A stretch of 42,404 bases of DNA from a virus (IMGVR_UViG_3300032312_001204:1-42404), one strand, 5' to 3'; positions 10,166 through 20,702 are shown, counted from the stretch's first letter. Notes: generated by a model from the sequence alone, not told the origin. Made by a program: numbers and translations.

Positions 10166-12682
10166 ATGGAATCAAAAAACTATACTAATATAGCGGGTTC
10201 TGCTTTCCAACCTTTTGTAGATAAACAACTCAAAATCAGAAAATCTGTAATATCTAAAGAAGATAGAACATCAACAGATTTACTTTGGCTAACCAACAGA
10301 AGTTTATGGGTTAGAATTAGTTCAGGAACAGATGTTGATCAAAATAATGAATTATTTTCAGAAAGAGGAGATACTTTATCTAGAAGATATATTTTACAAG
10401 CAGGTTTAACTGATCATAGTAAAGTAATAGATCAAAAAGATAATATTTTTACCTTAAGAAGTGGTTTAGGACCTAATGGAGCTTATGGTTTAGGAGGAAC
10501 TGAGCAATTTGGTTTTAGACCAATGCCTGGTTTAGAAAGTTTATCTTTAAAAACTGGTGGTAAGTTGGGTACTTTAAGAGAAGCAACATTTGAGTTTACT
10601 TGCTATAATATGGAGCAATTAAATATAATGGATGCTTTATATATGAAATTAGGTTTTAGTATTTTAATAGAATGGGGTCATATTCCTTATCTAGGTAATG
10701 ATGGAGTTCTTGTTAAAAATCCTCAACCTATGGATTTCTATAGTATACAAGACAAAGAAGAGTTAATGGCGGATATACAAAAAAGAAGAGTATTACACTC
10801 TGGTAATTATGATGCTATGTGGGGTACAGTTAAAAACTTTTCTTACTCTTTTGAAAATAATGGAGAATTTAAATGTAAAGTAGATTTAGTAGGAGCAGGA
10901 GATATATTAGAATCCTTAAAAATTAACCAATCAGGAACCTCTCAATCTGAAGAATCATCACCACTACTTGTTGATTCAAGTTACCCAGTAGTAGCTAACC
11001 AAAATTTATCTTTACTAAATGAGGCTTTATTTAAAATATTCAATAAAGAATTTATTGGTGCTTCAGAAGAATCTTCAAAAATAAAAATAGATTTTGGTAC
11101 TGGTTATTTTACCACTATAAATCCTTACTTTAAAAAATTAGACATATATTTAGAATCTTTAGGAACTACTGATAAAAGTTCATATGATACTAATACTAAT
11201 GAGTTAGCTAAATATGGTTATCAATATTCATTAATTAATAGTTCTAGTTCTAAATTAGGTAATGGAGGAGAAAATGTAAATATACCATTAATAGAAAACC
11301 CACAATATTTTTACTCAAGACTTATTATAGATTATGAAATAAATAAAGGTGAAGGTGAAGAGGATAAAGAAAGTAAAGAAGAAGGTTTACCACAAGTTTA
11401 TATCACTTTAGGACATTTATTAATATTAGTAATGGCTACTGGTGGATTATACACTAAAAAAGATGATAAAGCAAAACCTTTTAATTATATAGATGTTAAT
11501 CCTGATACTAATAGGTGCTACACATTTCCTAGTCATTGTTCTTTAGATCCTACAGTATGTTTAATAGGTTCTGAAACTTTACCATTTGGAATTGATAATA
11601 ATACACTTGATGCTATAAGAACATATTATCCTTTTTATGATGATACTACTGAAGATTTTGGTGGTAAATTTATGTGGACTCTAGTTAATGTAAATTTTGT
11701 AACTGCTACTTTAGCTAAATATCAAAAACAAAGTGGTAAAGGAGATGTAATGTTTGTAGATTTTTTACAAGATATTTTAGGGGGTATATCAAAAGCATGT
11801 GGAGGATTTAATGAATTTAGAATAGTACCTGATGATGATACTAGATGTATTAGAATATTTGAGGATAGAAGAACTACTAAACCTTTAAAAGAAGGAGAAT
11901 CACCATATACTGTAATACCTGTATTAGGTAAAGATAGTTTAGCTTATAGTTTTAACTATACATCTAAAATAGCACCTAATATGGCACAGCAAATAGTAAT
12001 AGCAGCTCAAGCCCGACCTGAAGGAGTAGGACAAGAAGCTTTATCTTTTTCACATTTAACTAAAGGATTAGTAAATAGATTATCTCCAATAATAATTTCT
12101 TCTACATCTGAAGCTAATAATAATTTAGAGGATGAAGTTTTATCATCTGAACAAAGATTTATAGAATCTCGAAATTTTATAGAAGCTATTTATAATGCTG
12201 TAGGTACAGGTGTTGCATCTGAAGCTGAATCTACTACAAATTTTGAAGAAGAAAATACAGAACCTAATGCTGATAATACTGGACCTATTATTAAAGGAAT
12301 AACTGAAAAAAATGTTAAAAAAACATTCTCAGATGCCTTAACAGCAGTTTTAGGAAATTTAAGAAATATAGCTAGAAAACAAAATCCTCAATTAGATAAA
12401 ACAGCTGAATCTCTTCTTGCCTTACAAGCAGCTGAGAAAAAAATTCTTGCAGATTTTAATTGGGAAGATTTTAAAAGTGATACTAGAGCAATAGTTCCTA
12501 AAAAAGGAAAATTTAATCCTGAAAATTTTGATATGAAAACTTCTGATTTTTATGACTATGTTATTCAGCGAATAAGTCAAAACAAGTATTATGAAGGTGT
12601 AGATACTTTTGATACAGACTTAGAAAATTTATGGGAAGCCGAACTTGACAGATTAGGAAATATCCAAACATCAGACTTATAA
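10166..12682 (+). CDS. Putative baseplate hub protein (large structural protein)
   Basis: GFRPMPG, G.LREATFEF.C, ILIEWG and GNYDAM.G.V.NFS motifs; position after the LysM wedge gene. Confidence 0.55.
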   Translation: MESKNYTNIAGSAFQPFVDKQLKIRKSVISKEDRTSTDLLWLTNRSLWVRISSGTDVDQNNELFSERGDTLSRRYILQAGLTDHSKVIDQKDNIFTLRSGLGPNGAYGLGGTEQFGFRPMPGLESLSLKTGGKLGTLREATFEFTCYNMEQLNIMDALYMKLGFSILIEWGHIPYLGNDGVLVKNPQPMDFYSIQDKEELMADIQKRRVLHSGNYDAMWGTVKNFSYSFENNGEFKCKVDLVGAGDILESLKINQSGTSQSEESSPLLVDSSYPVVANQNLSLLNEALFKIFNKEFIGASEESSKIKIDFGTGYFTTINPYFKKLDIYLESLGTTDKSSYDTNTNELAKYGYQYSLINSSSSKLGNGGENVNIPLIENPQYFYSRLIIDYEINKGEGEEDKESKEEGLPQVYITLGHLLILVMATGGLYTKKDDKAKPFNYIDVNPDTNRCYTFPSHCSLDPTVCLIGSETLPFGIDNNTLDAIRTYYPFYDDTTEDFGGKFMWTLVNVNFVTATLAKYQKQSGKGDVMFVDFLQDILGGISKACGGFNEFRIVPDDDTRCIRIFEDRRTTKPLKEGESPYTVIPVLGKDSLAYSFNYTSKIAPNMAQQIVIAAQARPEGVGQEALSFSHLTKGLVNRLSPIIISSTSEANNNLEDEVLSSEQRFIESRNFIEAIYNAVGTGVASEAESTTNFEEENTEPNADNTGPIIKGITEKNVKKTFSDALTAVLGNLRNIARKQNPQLDKTAESLLALQAAEKKILADFNWEDFKSDTRAIVPKKGKFNPENFDMKTSDFYDYVIQRISQNKYYEGVDTFDTDLENLWEAELDRLGNIQTSDL

Positions 12683-12683
12683 T

Positions 12684-13802
12684 ATGAATTTAATATATAA
12701 CCCAGAAAAATTTGATTCAAGTTTAAACTTTTATAGGGAACTATTTAATAATACTAGTAATATTCCTACAGCTGAGGGTGATGAACAACAATACGAATCA
12801 TCTATTTTAATACCATTAGATTTCTCTTTAGAAATGGATGGTATATCAGGTATTATTCCTAATTCAGCTTTTGAAGTACCTTCAAATGTTTTACCAACTG
12901 CTTATTTAACTCAAAAGAAAGAATCTAAAATAGCTTTTATTTTACATACAGTAGATCATAACTTTAATAATAATAAATGGACTACTAAAATAACTGGTCA
13001 AACTCTTCTTATAAGATTTGATCCTTTATCAGCTGAAGAAATAGAAAGAAGAAAAAAAGCAAAAGAAATAATTAAAAAGAAAAGAGAATCTAGAGGTGCT
13101 GGAGGCGGCGGCGGAGGAGGTGGTGAAAATTTCACCGCTACTAAAGGATGTACTAAACGATCTGTAGCTTTATTTTCTGATTCATCAGTTAAATCTAACA
13201 TATCTTTAATAGTTAAATCCGCTAAAGACTTTGGTATAACTGGTAAAAATGCTATAGCCGCTATGTGTGCTATAGCTGGTGGAGAATGTGGTTTAATACC
13301 AAAATCTGAAGGTCATATTTATAAAGAAAAGAATTTAAGAGGAGTATTTTCAAGTCTAACAGATGATCAAGTTAAAAGAGCTACCGCTAAAGGTGTAAGT
13401 AAAAAAACATTCTTTAGTATAATTTATGGTGAATATAAACCAACTAGATGTGGTAATAGAAAAGGTAAAGTTGGTATTAGTGATGGAGGATTATATTATG
13501 GTAGAGGATTTAACCAATTAACAGGACATGGTAACTATGAAGCCATTAGTAATATGTTAGTTAAAAAATATGGAAGTAAATATAATATATTAAATAATCC
13601 TGAACAAATGAACCAACCAGATACATCAGCAAAAGCCTTAGTAGCATTTTATATTGATAAAATGAGAGGAGTTGATCAAAATAGTGATTCTTGGTTTACA
13701 ATAGCTAGAAGAAAAACTGGTAAGGATGCTAATGGTGGATATGCTAAAAAAGCAGAGTACTATAATTGTTTAATGAGTGATAAATCAGATTTAATAGCCT
13801 AA
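12684..13802 (+). CDS. Hub C-terminal-like domain fused to a GH19 (chitinase/lysozyme-like) virion-associated lysin
   Basis: N-terminal IPLDFSLEMDGISG...HTVDH....WTTKI; Gly linker; GH19 motif YYGRGFNQLTG..NY. Confidence 0.75.
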   Translation: MNLIYNPEKFDSSLNFYRELFNNTSNIPTAEGDEQQYESSILIPLDFSLEMDGISGIIPNSAFEVPSNVLPTAYLTQKKESKIAFILHTVDHNFNNNKWTTKITGQTLLIRFDPLSAEEIERRKKAKEIIKKKRESRGAGGGGGGGGENFTATKGCTKRSVALFSDSSVKSNISLIVKSAKDFGITGKNAIAAMCAIAGGECGLIPKSEGHIYKEKNLRGVFSSLTDDQVKRATAKGVSKKTFFSIIYGEYKPTRCGNRKGKVGISDGGLYYGRGFNQLTGHGNYEAISNMLVKKYGSKYNILNNPEQMNQPDTSAKALVAFYIDKMRGVDQNSDSWFTIARRKTGKDANGGYAKKAEYYNCLMSDKSDLIA

Positions 13803-14413
13803 TGCCTTACTTTCCTAAATCTAGAATAATAGAAAACCAAAAAGCTAACCCTGGAGAAATGCAAACTCCTTCAGGGAAAGAGTACACTGGCCCATATTAT
13901 ACAACATTTGATGGTAAAATATTTTCAGGTGCTAATCCTTATTCACCTGGAAGTAAGCCTCTAGTTCGATCTTTATTAAATAAAAATGAAGATGATAGTA
14001 ATATCTCTCCAGATTTTAATAATGATGCTTATTATGCTTTAAAACCAACAAATTTAGCTAAATTAACTGACCCTACTCCTTTTACTCCACAACCTACTCA
14101 AGAAGATTATAAAAAAGGAAAAATTACAAGATATTTTGCTAGACAAAGAAATGGTACTCAATTTAAAATAATGGAAATTAATCAAACAACATATGATAAT
14201 TTATCTAATAATAGAGGAGGATTAAATTACTCACTTTGGAAAGTAATCTCCATATTTTGGCAAATTTCAGGTCCTTTAAGAGACGAAAGAGTAAATAATA
14301 TTAGAACTAGAGCGGGTATAATAGATACTAATCAAAGAGTACTAGATAATGCTGAAAAAAGTTTTATAGGTATAAAGCAATATCTATCTGATTTAAGACA
14401 ATTTTCAAGATAA
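13802..14413 (+). CDS. Hypothetical tail/baseplate-associated protein
   Basis: 203 aa; overlaps the previous stop codon (TAATG coupling). Confidence 0.65.
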   Translation: MPYFPKSRIIENQKANPGEMQTPSGKEYTGPYYTTFDGKIFSGANPYSPGSKPLVRSLLNKNEDDSNISPDFNNDAYYALKPTNLAKLTDPTPFTPQPTQEDYKKGKITRYFARQRNGTQFKIMEINQTTYDNLSNNRGGLNYSLWKVISIFWQISGPLRDERVNNIRTRAGIIDTNQRVLDNAEKSFIGIKQYLSDLRQFSR

Positions 14414-14414
14414 A

Positions 14415-14446
14415 TTTGGCTCCCATAGGGAGCCTTATTACATTAT
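14415..14446 (+). promoter_or_regulatory. Bacteroidota-type promoter embedded in a hairpin, upstream of the polymerase
   Basis: TTTG-N20-TACATTAT; GGCTCCC/GGGAGCC stem within the spacer. Confidence 0.7.
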
Positions 14447-14461
14447 ATAAAAATAAAGGTC

Positions 14462-15787
14462 ATGTTTTACATAGTAGAAACTAAAAATCAATTACAAAAG
14501 TTACTTCCACAAGAGGAATGTTATATTAATATTATTCCTTTATCTAATAATTATCACCCTATATTAAGTAAGGTTAGTTTAATTTATTATAAAGTAAAAG
14601 ATCAAAAAGGAATCATATTTCCTATCTCTCATAGTGAAGGATTTTCATTAGATATTCAAATAATAAAAGATTTTATCTTAAAACATAAAACTATTTATGT
14701 CTTAGATAAAAAACAAACAGCTCATTTATTAGGTGAGGAATTTTTAGGTGAACATGTTTTAGATATAAATCTGCTTTCACTATCCACATCCCAATCCCCT
14801 CCGTATATACAAGATTTAGACACAAACATACACATTCATTTCTATCAAAAGTATGGTGATTTAAAGAATGTCAATTCTCTAATCCCTATTTCAAAACACT
14901 ATGAGACTCAAGAAAAGATATACCAAAAGATAGTAGGTTTTATAAGCTTAAAAAGATATAACAGCTATTATAACCATGATTATGTTAAGGTGTTCTACGA
15001 TATCGAGAAACAAGGTATAGCGTTAGATTTAGCTGTTTTTGACATGAATTTCAAGCCTAAAAACCCAAAATTTAATATAAAAGATGGTATAATTTATACT
15101 CAATATAACTTGTATAATTTTACCTCTAGGCCAACAAATTCATTCAATAGTATAAATTTTGCCGCCTTACCAAAACATGGAGAAGCAAGATCCGCTATTG
15201 TACCTCAAAACGATATTTTATTTGAATTTGATTACGAAGCGTATCATCCACGAATTTTAGCTAAATTTATTGAATATGAATTTGGAAAAGAATCGGTCCA
15301 TGAGACTTTAGGTAAAATGTATTTCAAAACAGATGAGTTAACAGAAGAGCAATACCAACAGTCCAAAGAATTAACATTCAAACAACTATATGGAGGAGTT
15401 TTTCAACAGTATAAAGACATACCATTTTTTCAGAAAGTAGCTAAATATACAGATGAAATCTGGGAGGCATATGAAACTAAGGGTAGGTTAGAGTTAGTAG
15501 GAGGGAGAAAATTATTTGATATCGAAAATCCAACACCTCAAAAGCTATTAAACTATAAACTACAATCTGGAGAAACTTTTTTTAATGTTCGCTCTATAGT
15601 AGAATTACAGAAATATTTGGCTACTAAGAAAAGTAGCATTATATTATATACTTACGATTCTGTATTAATAGATTATAGTAGGGAGGATGGTAAAGAGACT
15701 CTACTACAAATAAAATCATTGCTAGAATCCATATTTGGGTTTAAAGTTAAGGCAAAGTATGGAACAAATTATAACAACTTAAAGTAA
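14462..15787 (+). CDS. polA: Short family-A DNA polymerase (divergent motifs)
   Basis: TSRP..SF..INF, motif A DYEAYHPRIL, motif B KELTFKQLYGG, NY.LQS, motif C YTYDS. Confidence 0.8.
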   Translation: MFYIVETKNQLQKLLPQEECYINIIPLSNNYHPILSKVSLIYYKVKDQKGIIFPISHSEGFSLDIQIIKDFILKHKTIYVLDKKQTAHLLGEEFLGEHVLDINLLSLSTSQSPPYIQDLDTNIHIHFYQKYGDLKNVNSLIPISKHYETQEKIYQKIVGFISLKRYNSYYNHDYVKVFYDIEKQGIALDLAVFDMNFKPKNPKFNIKDGIIYTQYNLYNFTSRPTNSFNSINFAALPKHGEARSAIVPQNDILFEFDYEAYHPRILAKFIEYEFGKESVHETLGKMYFKTDELTEEQYQQSKELTFKQLYGGVFQQYKDIPFFQKVAKYTDEIWEAYETKGRLELVGGRKLFDIENPTPQKLLNYKLQSGETFFNVRSIVELQKYLATKKSSIILYTYDSVLIDYSREDGKETLLQIKSLLESIFGFKVKAKYGTNYNNLK

Positions 15788-15790
15788 AAA

Positions 15791-16261
15791 ATGAACGATT
15801 CACAGTTAGCACTTCCTTCACATATTTATCTACAATATAACATGGCAACCCCATATAATCTAGATAAAGATTACATGAACAAATTATTCTGTACATTTTC
15901 CAATAAAAACGAATTGGAAGTTACGTTGGAGACAATCCAAAACCAATATAAAATTTTATTTAATAAAATATTTGTTTTATACATTGAATCAACTGATGAG
16001 TATGTTTGTACTTATAATGTAGATTCAGTTAACATGTCTAACTCTCTTTTAGAAAATACTATTCTATTACATAGAAAGAAAGAATCTAATACTTTATATA
16101 CTATCAATGCTTTAAATGATTTAATTAAATCTTTAAATGGCGGTACTTTAGATACTTCTTATATAATAGATTGGAATGATTATAAAAACTGTATATTACT
16201 TACCCACTCAGGTGATCTAAGAAAATTAGACACTAAAATCTATAAGATAATCTCTCTTTAA
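15791..16261 (+). CDS. Conserved hypothetical phage protein (true start likely 15842 or 15875)
   Basis: NKLFCTF...HRKKESNTLYTINALN; the ATATTTAT motif at 15822 suggests a later start. Confidence 0.65.
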   Translation: MNDSQLALPSHIYLQYNMATPYNLDKDYMNKLFCTFSNKNELEVTLETIQNQYKILFNKIFVLYIESTDEYVCTYNVDSVNMSNSLLENTILLHRKKESNTLYTINALNDLIKSLNGGTLDTSYIIDWNDYKNCILLTHSGDLRKLDTKIYKIISL

Positions 16262-16266
16262 AAACA

Positions 16267-16298
16267 TTTGGCCTCCCGCGAGACTGATGTTATATTTA
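16267..16298 (+). promoter_or_regulatory. Bacteroidota-type promoter upstream of the SSB gene
   Basis: TTTG-N20-TATATTTA. Confidence 0.7.
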
Positions 16299-16340
16299 TT
16301 ATCGCACTTAAATTAGTTTTAACAATAAATCAAAAAAGTT

Positions 16341-17210
16341 ATGAATGTAGACTTGATTAAAAACAAGTTAAATGAATTATCTGCCCCAAAGGGAAATAAT
16401 TCAAACAAAAAAGATGAGAAAGCGTTAAGCTTTTGGAAACCTACAATTGGAAAACAATTAGTAAGATTCGTTCCATCAAAACAAAATCCAGATAACCCAT
16501 TTACAGAATTATACTTCCATTATGGGATTGGAAAAAGAACAATTATTTCACCATTAAACTTTGGTGAAAAAGATCCAATTGTTGAATTTGCTAAAGAATT
16601 ACGCAAAACGAAAGAACCTGAAAACTGGAAATTAGCTAAGAAATTAGAGCCTAAAATGAGAGTTTTTGCACCTGTTATTGTTAGAGGTGAAGAAGATAAA
16701 GGTGTTCGTTTGTGGGAATTTGGTAAGGAAGTTTATCAATCATTATTATCGTTAGCTGCTGATGAAGAAGTAGGTGATTTCACTGATATCTTAGAAGGTA
16801 GAGACATGAAAATCGAAACTGTAGGTCCTGATTCAACAGGAACAACTTACAACAAATCAAAAGTATTACCAGCATTAAAAACATCAACTTTATCTGATGA
16901 CAATAATGAAGTAGAAAAATGGTTAAGTACTCAACCAGAACCAATCAGTTTCTATAAAAAATACGAATTTGATGAAATTAAAGGATTCTTAGCTGAATGG
17001 TTAAACCCAGAAGCAGAAGCTGAAGAAGAAACACAAAAACCTGAACCGCATGCTGGTGATGATTTCTTAAGTGGTCCTGCAATGGATTTTGAACCAACAG
17101 GTAATGTTAATCTAGAAGAATCTAGAAAACCAATTGCTAACAAAGCATTTGCTACTCCTAAAAAAGAAACATTCGCCGCCGAAGAATTTGACGATTTATT
17201 CAAAGATTAA
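16341..17210 (+). CDS. Single-stranded DNA-binding protein (T4 gp32-like)
   Basis: FWKP...VRFVP...PF.E..FHY, GVRLWEFGK, D...G.D; acidic tail EEFDDLFKD. Confidence 0.85.
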   Translation: MNVDLIKNKLNELSAPKGNNSNKKDEKALSFWKPTIGKQLVRFVPSKQNPDNPFTELYFHYGIGKRTIISPLNFGEKDPIVEFAKELRKTKEPENWKLAKKLEPKMRVFAPVIVRGEEDKGVRLWEFGKEVYQSLLSLAADEEVGDFTDILEGRDMKIETVGPDSTGTTYNKSKVLPALKTSTLSDDNNEVEKWLSTQPEPISFYKKYEFDEIKGFLAEWLNPEAEAEEETQKPEPHAGDDFLSGPAMDFEPTGNVNLEESRKPIANKAFATPKKETFAAEEFDDLFKD

Positions 17211-17212
17211 TT

Positions 17213-18283
17213 ATGGCTAAACAAAAAACAGAAAGCCTTTCCGGTAAAGTCGGAAAGGCCATTACTGGCACCTTCTCACTTGATAAGTTTAAAAAAGGTA
17301 AAAATCTAGGACAAAGTTCATCTAACTTTAAACCTCAAGCATGGATTAATTTTACAGAACCTGTAAAAGAAATGTTAGAGATGCCTGGTATTCCTAAAGG
17401 ACATATCACTTTAGTTAGAGGTCATAGTAATACAGGTAAAACTACTTTATTAATTGAAGCTGCTATTGAAGCTCAAAAGACACAAGTATTACCAGTTATT
17501 ATCATCACTGAGATGAAACATAGTTGGGAACATTGGTCAGCAATGGGATTTGATTTAGGTGAAACTATTGATGAAGAAGGAAACAAAGAATATAATGGTT
17601 TCTTTTTATACGCTGATAGAGAATCTTTACAATGTATTGAAGATGTAGCTGAGTTTATGGCTGATCTATTAGATGAACAAAAGAAAGGTAATTTACCTTA
17701 TGACTTATTATTCTTATGGGATTCAATTGGTTCTATACCATGTAAAATGAGTATTGAGAAAAACTCAAACTCACCAATGTGGAATGCAGGTGCAATGTCT
17801 CAACAATTTGCTAACTTTATTAATCAGAGAGTGATTATGTCTCGTAAAGAGTCACAATCATATACTAACACAATGCTTTGTGTGAATAAAGTATGGGTTG
17901 AACCAGCTTTAATGCCAATGGCTCAACCAAAACTACGAAATAAAGGTGGTGATAGTATGTTTTTTGATGCCTCATTCATTATTACATTTGGTAACGTAAC
18001 TAGTCCTGGTACTCAAAAGGTAAAAGCTACTAAAAACGGTAAGGAAATTGAATTTGCTCTTAAAACTAAAGTTTCTTGTGATAAAAATCACGTAACCGGA
18101 GTTACAGCTAAAGGAACTATTGTAAGTACTGCTCATGGGTTTATTAAAAATTCACCTAACGAGATAAACAAATATAAAAAAGAACACTCTAAAAATTGGG
18201 CAAGTATTTTAGGAAGCGATGATTTTGATATCGTGGAAGAAGAAAATCTTGATTTCTTAGGAGTAGACACATCAGAAATTTAA
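17213..18283 (+). CDS. recA: RecA/UvsX-like recombinase
   Basis: GIPKG, Walker A GHSNTGKT, Walker B LFLWDSIG, GG..MFF.AS. Confidence 0.85.
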   Translation: MAKQKTESLSGKVGKAITGTFSLDKFKKGKNLGQSSSNFKPQAWINFTEPVKEMLEMPGIPKGHITLVRGHSNTGKTTLLIEAAIEAQKTQVLPVIIITEMKHSWEHWSAMGFDLGETIDEEGNKEYNGFFLYADRESLQCIEDVAEFMADLLDEQKKGNLPYDLLFLWDSIGSIPCKMSIEKNSNSPMWNAGAMSQQFANFINQRVIMSRKESQSYTNTMLCVNKVWVEPALMPMAQPKLRNKGGDSMFFDASFIITFGNVTSPGTQKVKATKNGKEIEFALKTKVSCDKNHVTGVTAKGTIVSTAHGFIKNSPNEINKYKKEHSKNWASILGSDDFDIVEEENLDFLGVDTSEI

Positions 18284-18285
18284 TT

Positions 18286-19311
18286 ATGGATTATAAAGAT
18301 CTTTTAAATAATATACAAGAAGATACTAACAGCGAAGCCCTACACTTAAATAGTAGGGTTTTGTTAGTTGATAGTATGAACACGTTCATGAGATCATTCG
18401 CTGTTATTAACAGTATGAATACTCAAGGTACGCATGTTGGTGGTATGATTGGTTTTTTAAGATCATTAGCTTATGTTGTTAATTTAATCCAACCCACAAG
18501 AGTAATATGTGTGTTTGATGGTGAGGGTAATACAATCAATAGAAAAAATTTATATTCTGATTACAAAGGTAATAGAAAATTAAAGAGAATCACAAATTGG
18601 TCTTCATTTGATGATCTAGCTGATGAATCAGCTTCAATGTCTCAACAAATGTTAAGATTAATTGATTATTTACAACAACTACCTGTAAGCATCATAACTC
18701 GTGATAAATTAGAAGCCGATGATATAATTGGTTATTTAGCTCCTAAATTTGATCAAGCTGTTATAATGTCAGCAGATCAAGATTTCTTACAGTTATGTAG
18801 TGATAATGTTCAAGTATATTCACCTATTAAAAAGAAATTTTATGGTCCTAAAGAAGTATTTGATGAGTATGGATTATGGCCTCAAAATTTTGTAAATTAT
18901 AAAGTACTAATGGGTGATACTTCAGATAATTTACCTGGAGTAAAAGGATTAGGTCCCAAAAAACTATATAAACTATTTCCTGAACTAACAGGAGACAAAA
19001 CAGTAACTTTAAATGAAATTATTCAAAAAGGTTATGACAAACATGAAGAAAACGGAATTTACGGAAACGTGTGGAATTTTAGAAAGCAATTGATTATCAA
19101 TGAACAATTAATGTCTTTAAAAAATCCAAACATTCCAGATTACGATATAGAAGTATTAGAAGAATTATTAGAAGATGAACCACATGACTTAAATCAAGCT
19201 AGATTTTTACAGTTGCATAGTTCTGATCTATTAGAGAGACAAATCTCCCCTAACGTAGAGTTTTGGATCCAGAATAATTTTTTATATCTTACAAAGTATA
19301 AACACAAATAA
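18286..19311 (+). CDS. 5'-3' exonuclease / flap endonuclease (T4 RNase H, PolI N-terminal family)
   Basis: LLVDSMN, VFDG, YKGNR, EADDIIG, SADQD, GDTSDNLPGVKGLGPK. Confidence 0.92.
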   Translation: MDYKDLLNNIQEDTNSEALHLNSRVLLVDSMNTFMRSFAVINSMNTQGTHVGGMIGFLRSLAYVVNLIQPTRVICVFDGEGNTINRKNLYSDYKGNRKLKRITNWSSFDDLADESASMSQQMLRLIDYLQQLPVSIITRDKLEADDIIGYLAPKFDQAVIMSADQDFLQLCSDNVQVYSPIKKKFYGPKEVFDEYGLWPQNFVNYKVLMGDTSDNLPGVKGLGPKKLYKLFPELTGDKTVTLNEIIQKGYDKHEENGIYGNVWNFRKQLIINEQLMSLKNPNIPDYDIEVLEELLEDEPHDLNQARFLQLHSSDLLERQISPNVEFWIQNNFLYLTKYKHK

Positions 19312-19322
19312 AAGTTATATAA

Positions 19323-20702
19323 ATGGTTGCATTTGCTAGTCTAAAAGATTATGGCCCAACATTTCAAGTAAAGGTCATAAGTTCTTTATTAAAAAACAAA
19401 ACATTTTTACTCAACGTAAGAGACATTACAGATGAAGCCCATTTCGAACATCCTGGTATTAAGTGGATTTTAACAGAAACTTTAAAGTATTTTGATAAAT
19501 TCCATACTACACCAACACTTGACACTCTAAAAATTGAAGTTAAAAAAATTGACAATGATGTTTTACAGACAGCTGTAAAAGAACAATTAAAATTAATTTA
19601 CACTACTCAATATGATGATCAAGAATATGTTGAGGAAGAATTTGCTAATTTCTGTAAGAACCAATTACTAAAAAATGCATTACTGGATTCAGTAGATTTA
19701 TTAAAAAGTGGTCACTACGATGATATCAGATTATTAATTGATAATGCTTTAAAAGCAGGCTCTGATAAAAACTTAGGTCACGAGTATATTAAAGATATTG
19801 AAGATAGATATCGTTCAGAAAGTAGAAAAGTAGTACCTTCACCTTGGCCTTTAATTAATGATTTATTACAAGGTGGTTTAGGTAATGGAGATTTTGGTTT
19901 AATATTTGGTGGTCCTGGAGGAGGAAAATCATGGGCATTAGTTGCCTTAGGAGCATTTGCTGCTAATTTAGGTTATAAAGTAATACATTACACATTAGAA
20001 TTAGGTGAAGCTTATGTTGGTAAAAGATATGATGCTTTTTATACTAATATAAGTGTTAGTGAAGTAAGTTTTAATAAAGAAAAAGTAATTGATGCTTTAA
20101 AAGACATGGAAGACAATGTCATTATTAAAGAATTTGCACCTAAAGTAGCATCACTTACTACTATTAAATCACATATTCAGAAAACAAAAGATTTAGGTTT
20201 CAAACCAGATTTAATTTTAATTGATTATGTTGATTTATTAAAAGCTCCATCTAAAAGAAATAGAGATAAGAAAGAAGAAATTGATGATCTTTATTATGGA
20301 ACTAAAGGATTAGCTAAAGAATTAGATTTACCAATTTGGTCTGTATCACAAGTAAATAGAGCGGGTGCTAAAGATGAAGTAGTAGAAGGAGATAAAGCGG
20401 CAGGTTCTTACGATAAGATGATGGTTATTGATTTTGGTATGTCTCAATCTAGATTACGAAAAGATAAAACTAATGGTACTGGAAGATTCCATATTATGAA
20501 AAACAGGTATGGAATGGATGGTATGACATATTTTGCTGAAATTGATACTTCAACAGGTCACATCATTATGGACGAAAGAGAGTTCATTGAAGAATCATCA
20601 TCTGAAAGTAATAGAACATCATTCGGAGGAATCACAGATAGTGAGAAGAGCACAATGGGAAACTTGTTCAAAAACTTCAGCTTATCAGATAATAATATTT
20701 AA
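19323..20702 (+). CDS. dnaB: Replicative DnaB-like helicase (T4 gp41-like)
   Basis: Walker A GGPGGGKS, TLE, ILIDYVDLL, SQVNR, KNRYG. Confidence 0.9.
   Translation: MVAFASLKDYGPTFQVKVISSLLKNKTFLLNVRDITDEAHFEHPGIKWILTETLKYFDKFHTTPTLDTLKIEVKKIDNDVLQTAVKEQLKLIYTTQYDDQEYVEEEFANFCKNQLLKNALLDSVDLLKSGHYDDIRLLIDNALKAGSDKNLGHEYIKDIEDRYRSESRKVVPSPWPLINDLLQGGLGNGDFGLIFGGPGGGKSWALVALGAFAANLGYKVIHYTLELGEAYVGKRYDAFYTNISVSEVSFNKEKVIDALKDMEDNVIIKEFAPKVASLTTIKSHIQKTKDLGFKPDLILIDYVDLLKAPSKRNRDKKEEIDDLYYGTKGLAKELDLPIWSVSQVNRAGAKDEVVEGDKAAGSYDKMMVIDFGMSQSRLRKDKTNGTGRFHIMKNRYGMDGMTYFAEIDTSTGHIIMDEREFIEESSSESNRTSFGGITDSEKSTMGNLFKNFSLSDNNI

Noticed and set aside
13099-13124. GC-rich GGN run as a foreign insert or regulatory repeat
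   Set aside because: Encodes the poly-Gly linker before the GH19 domain
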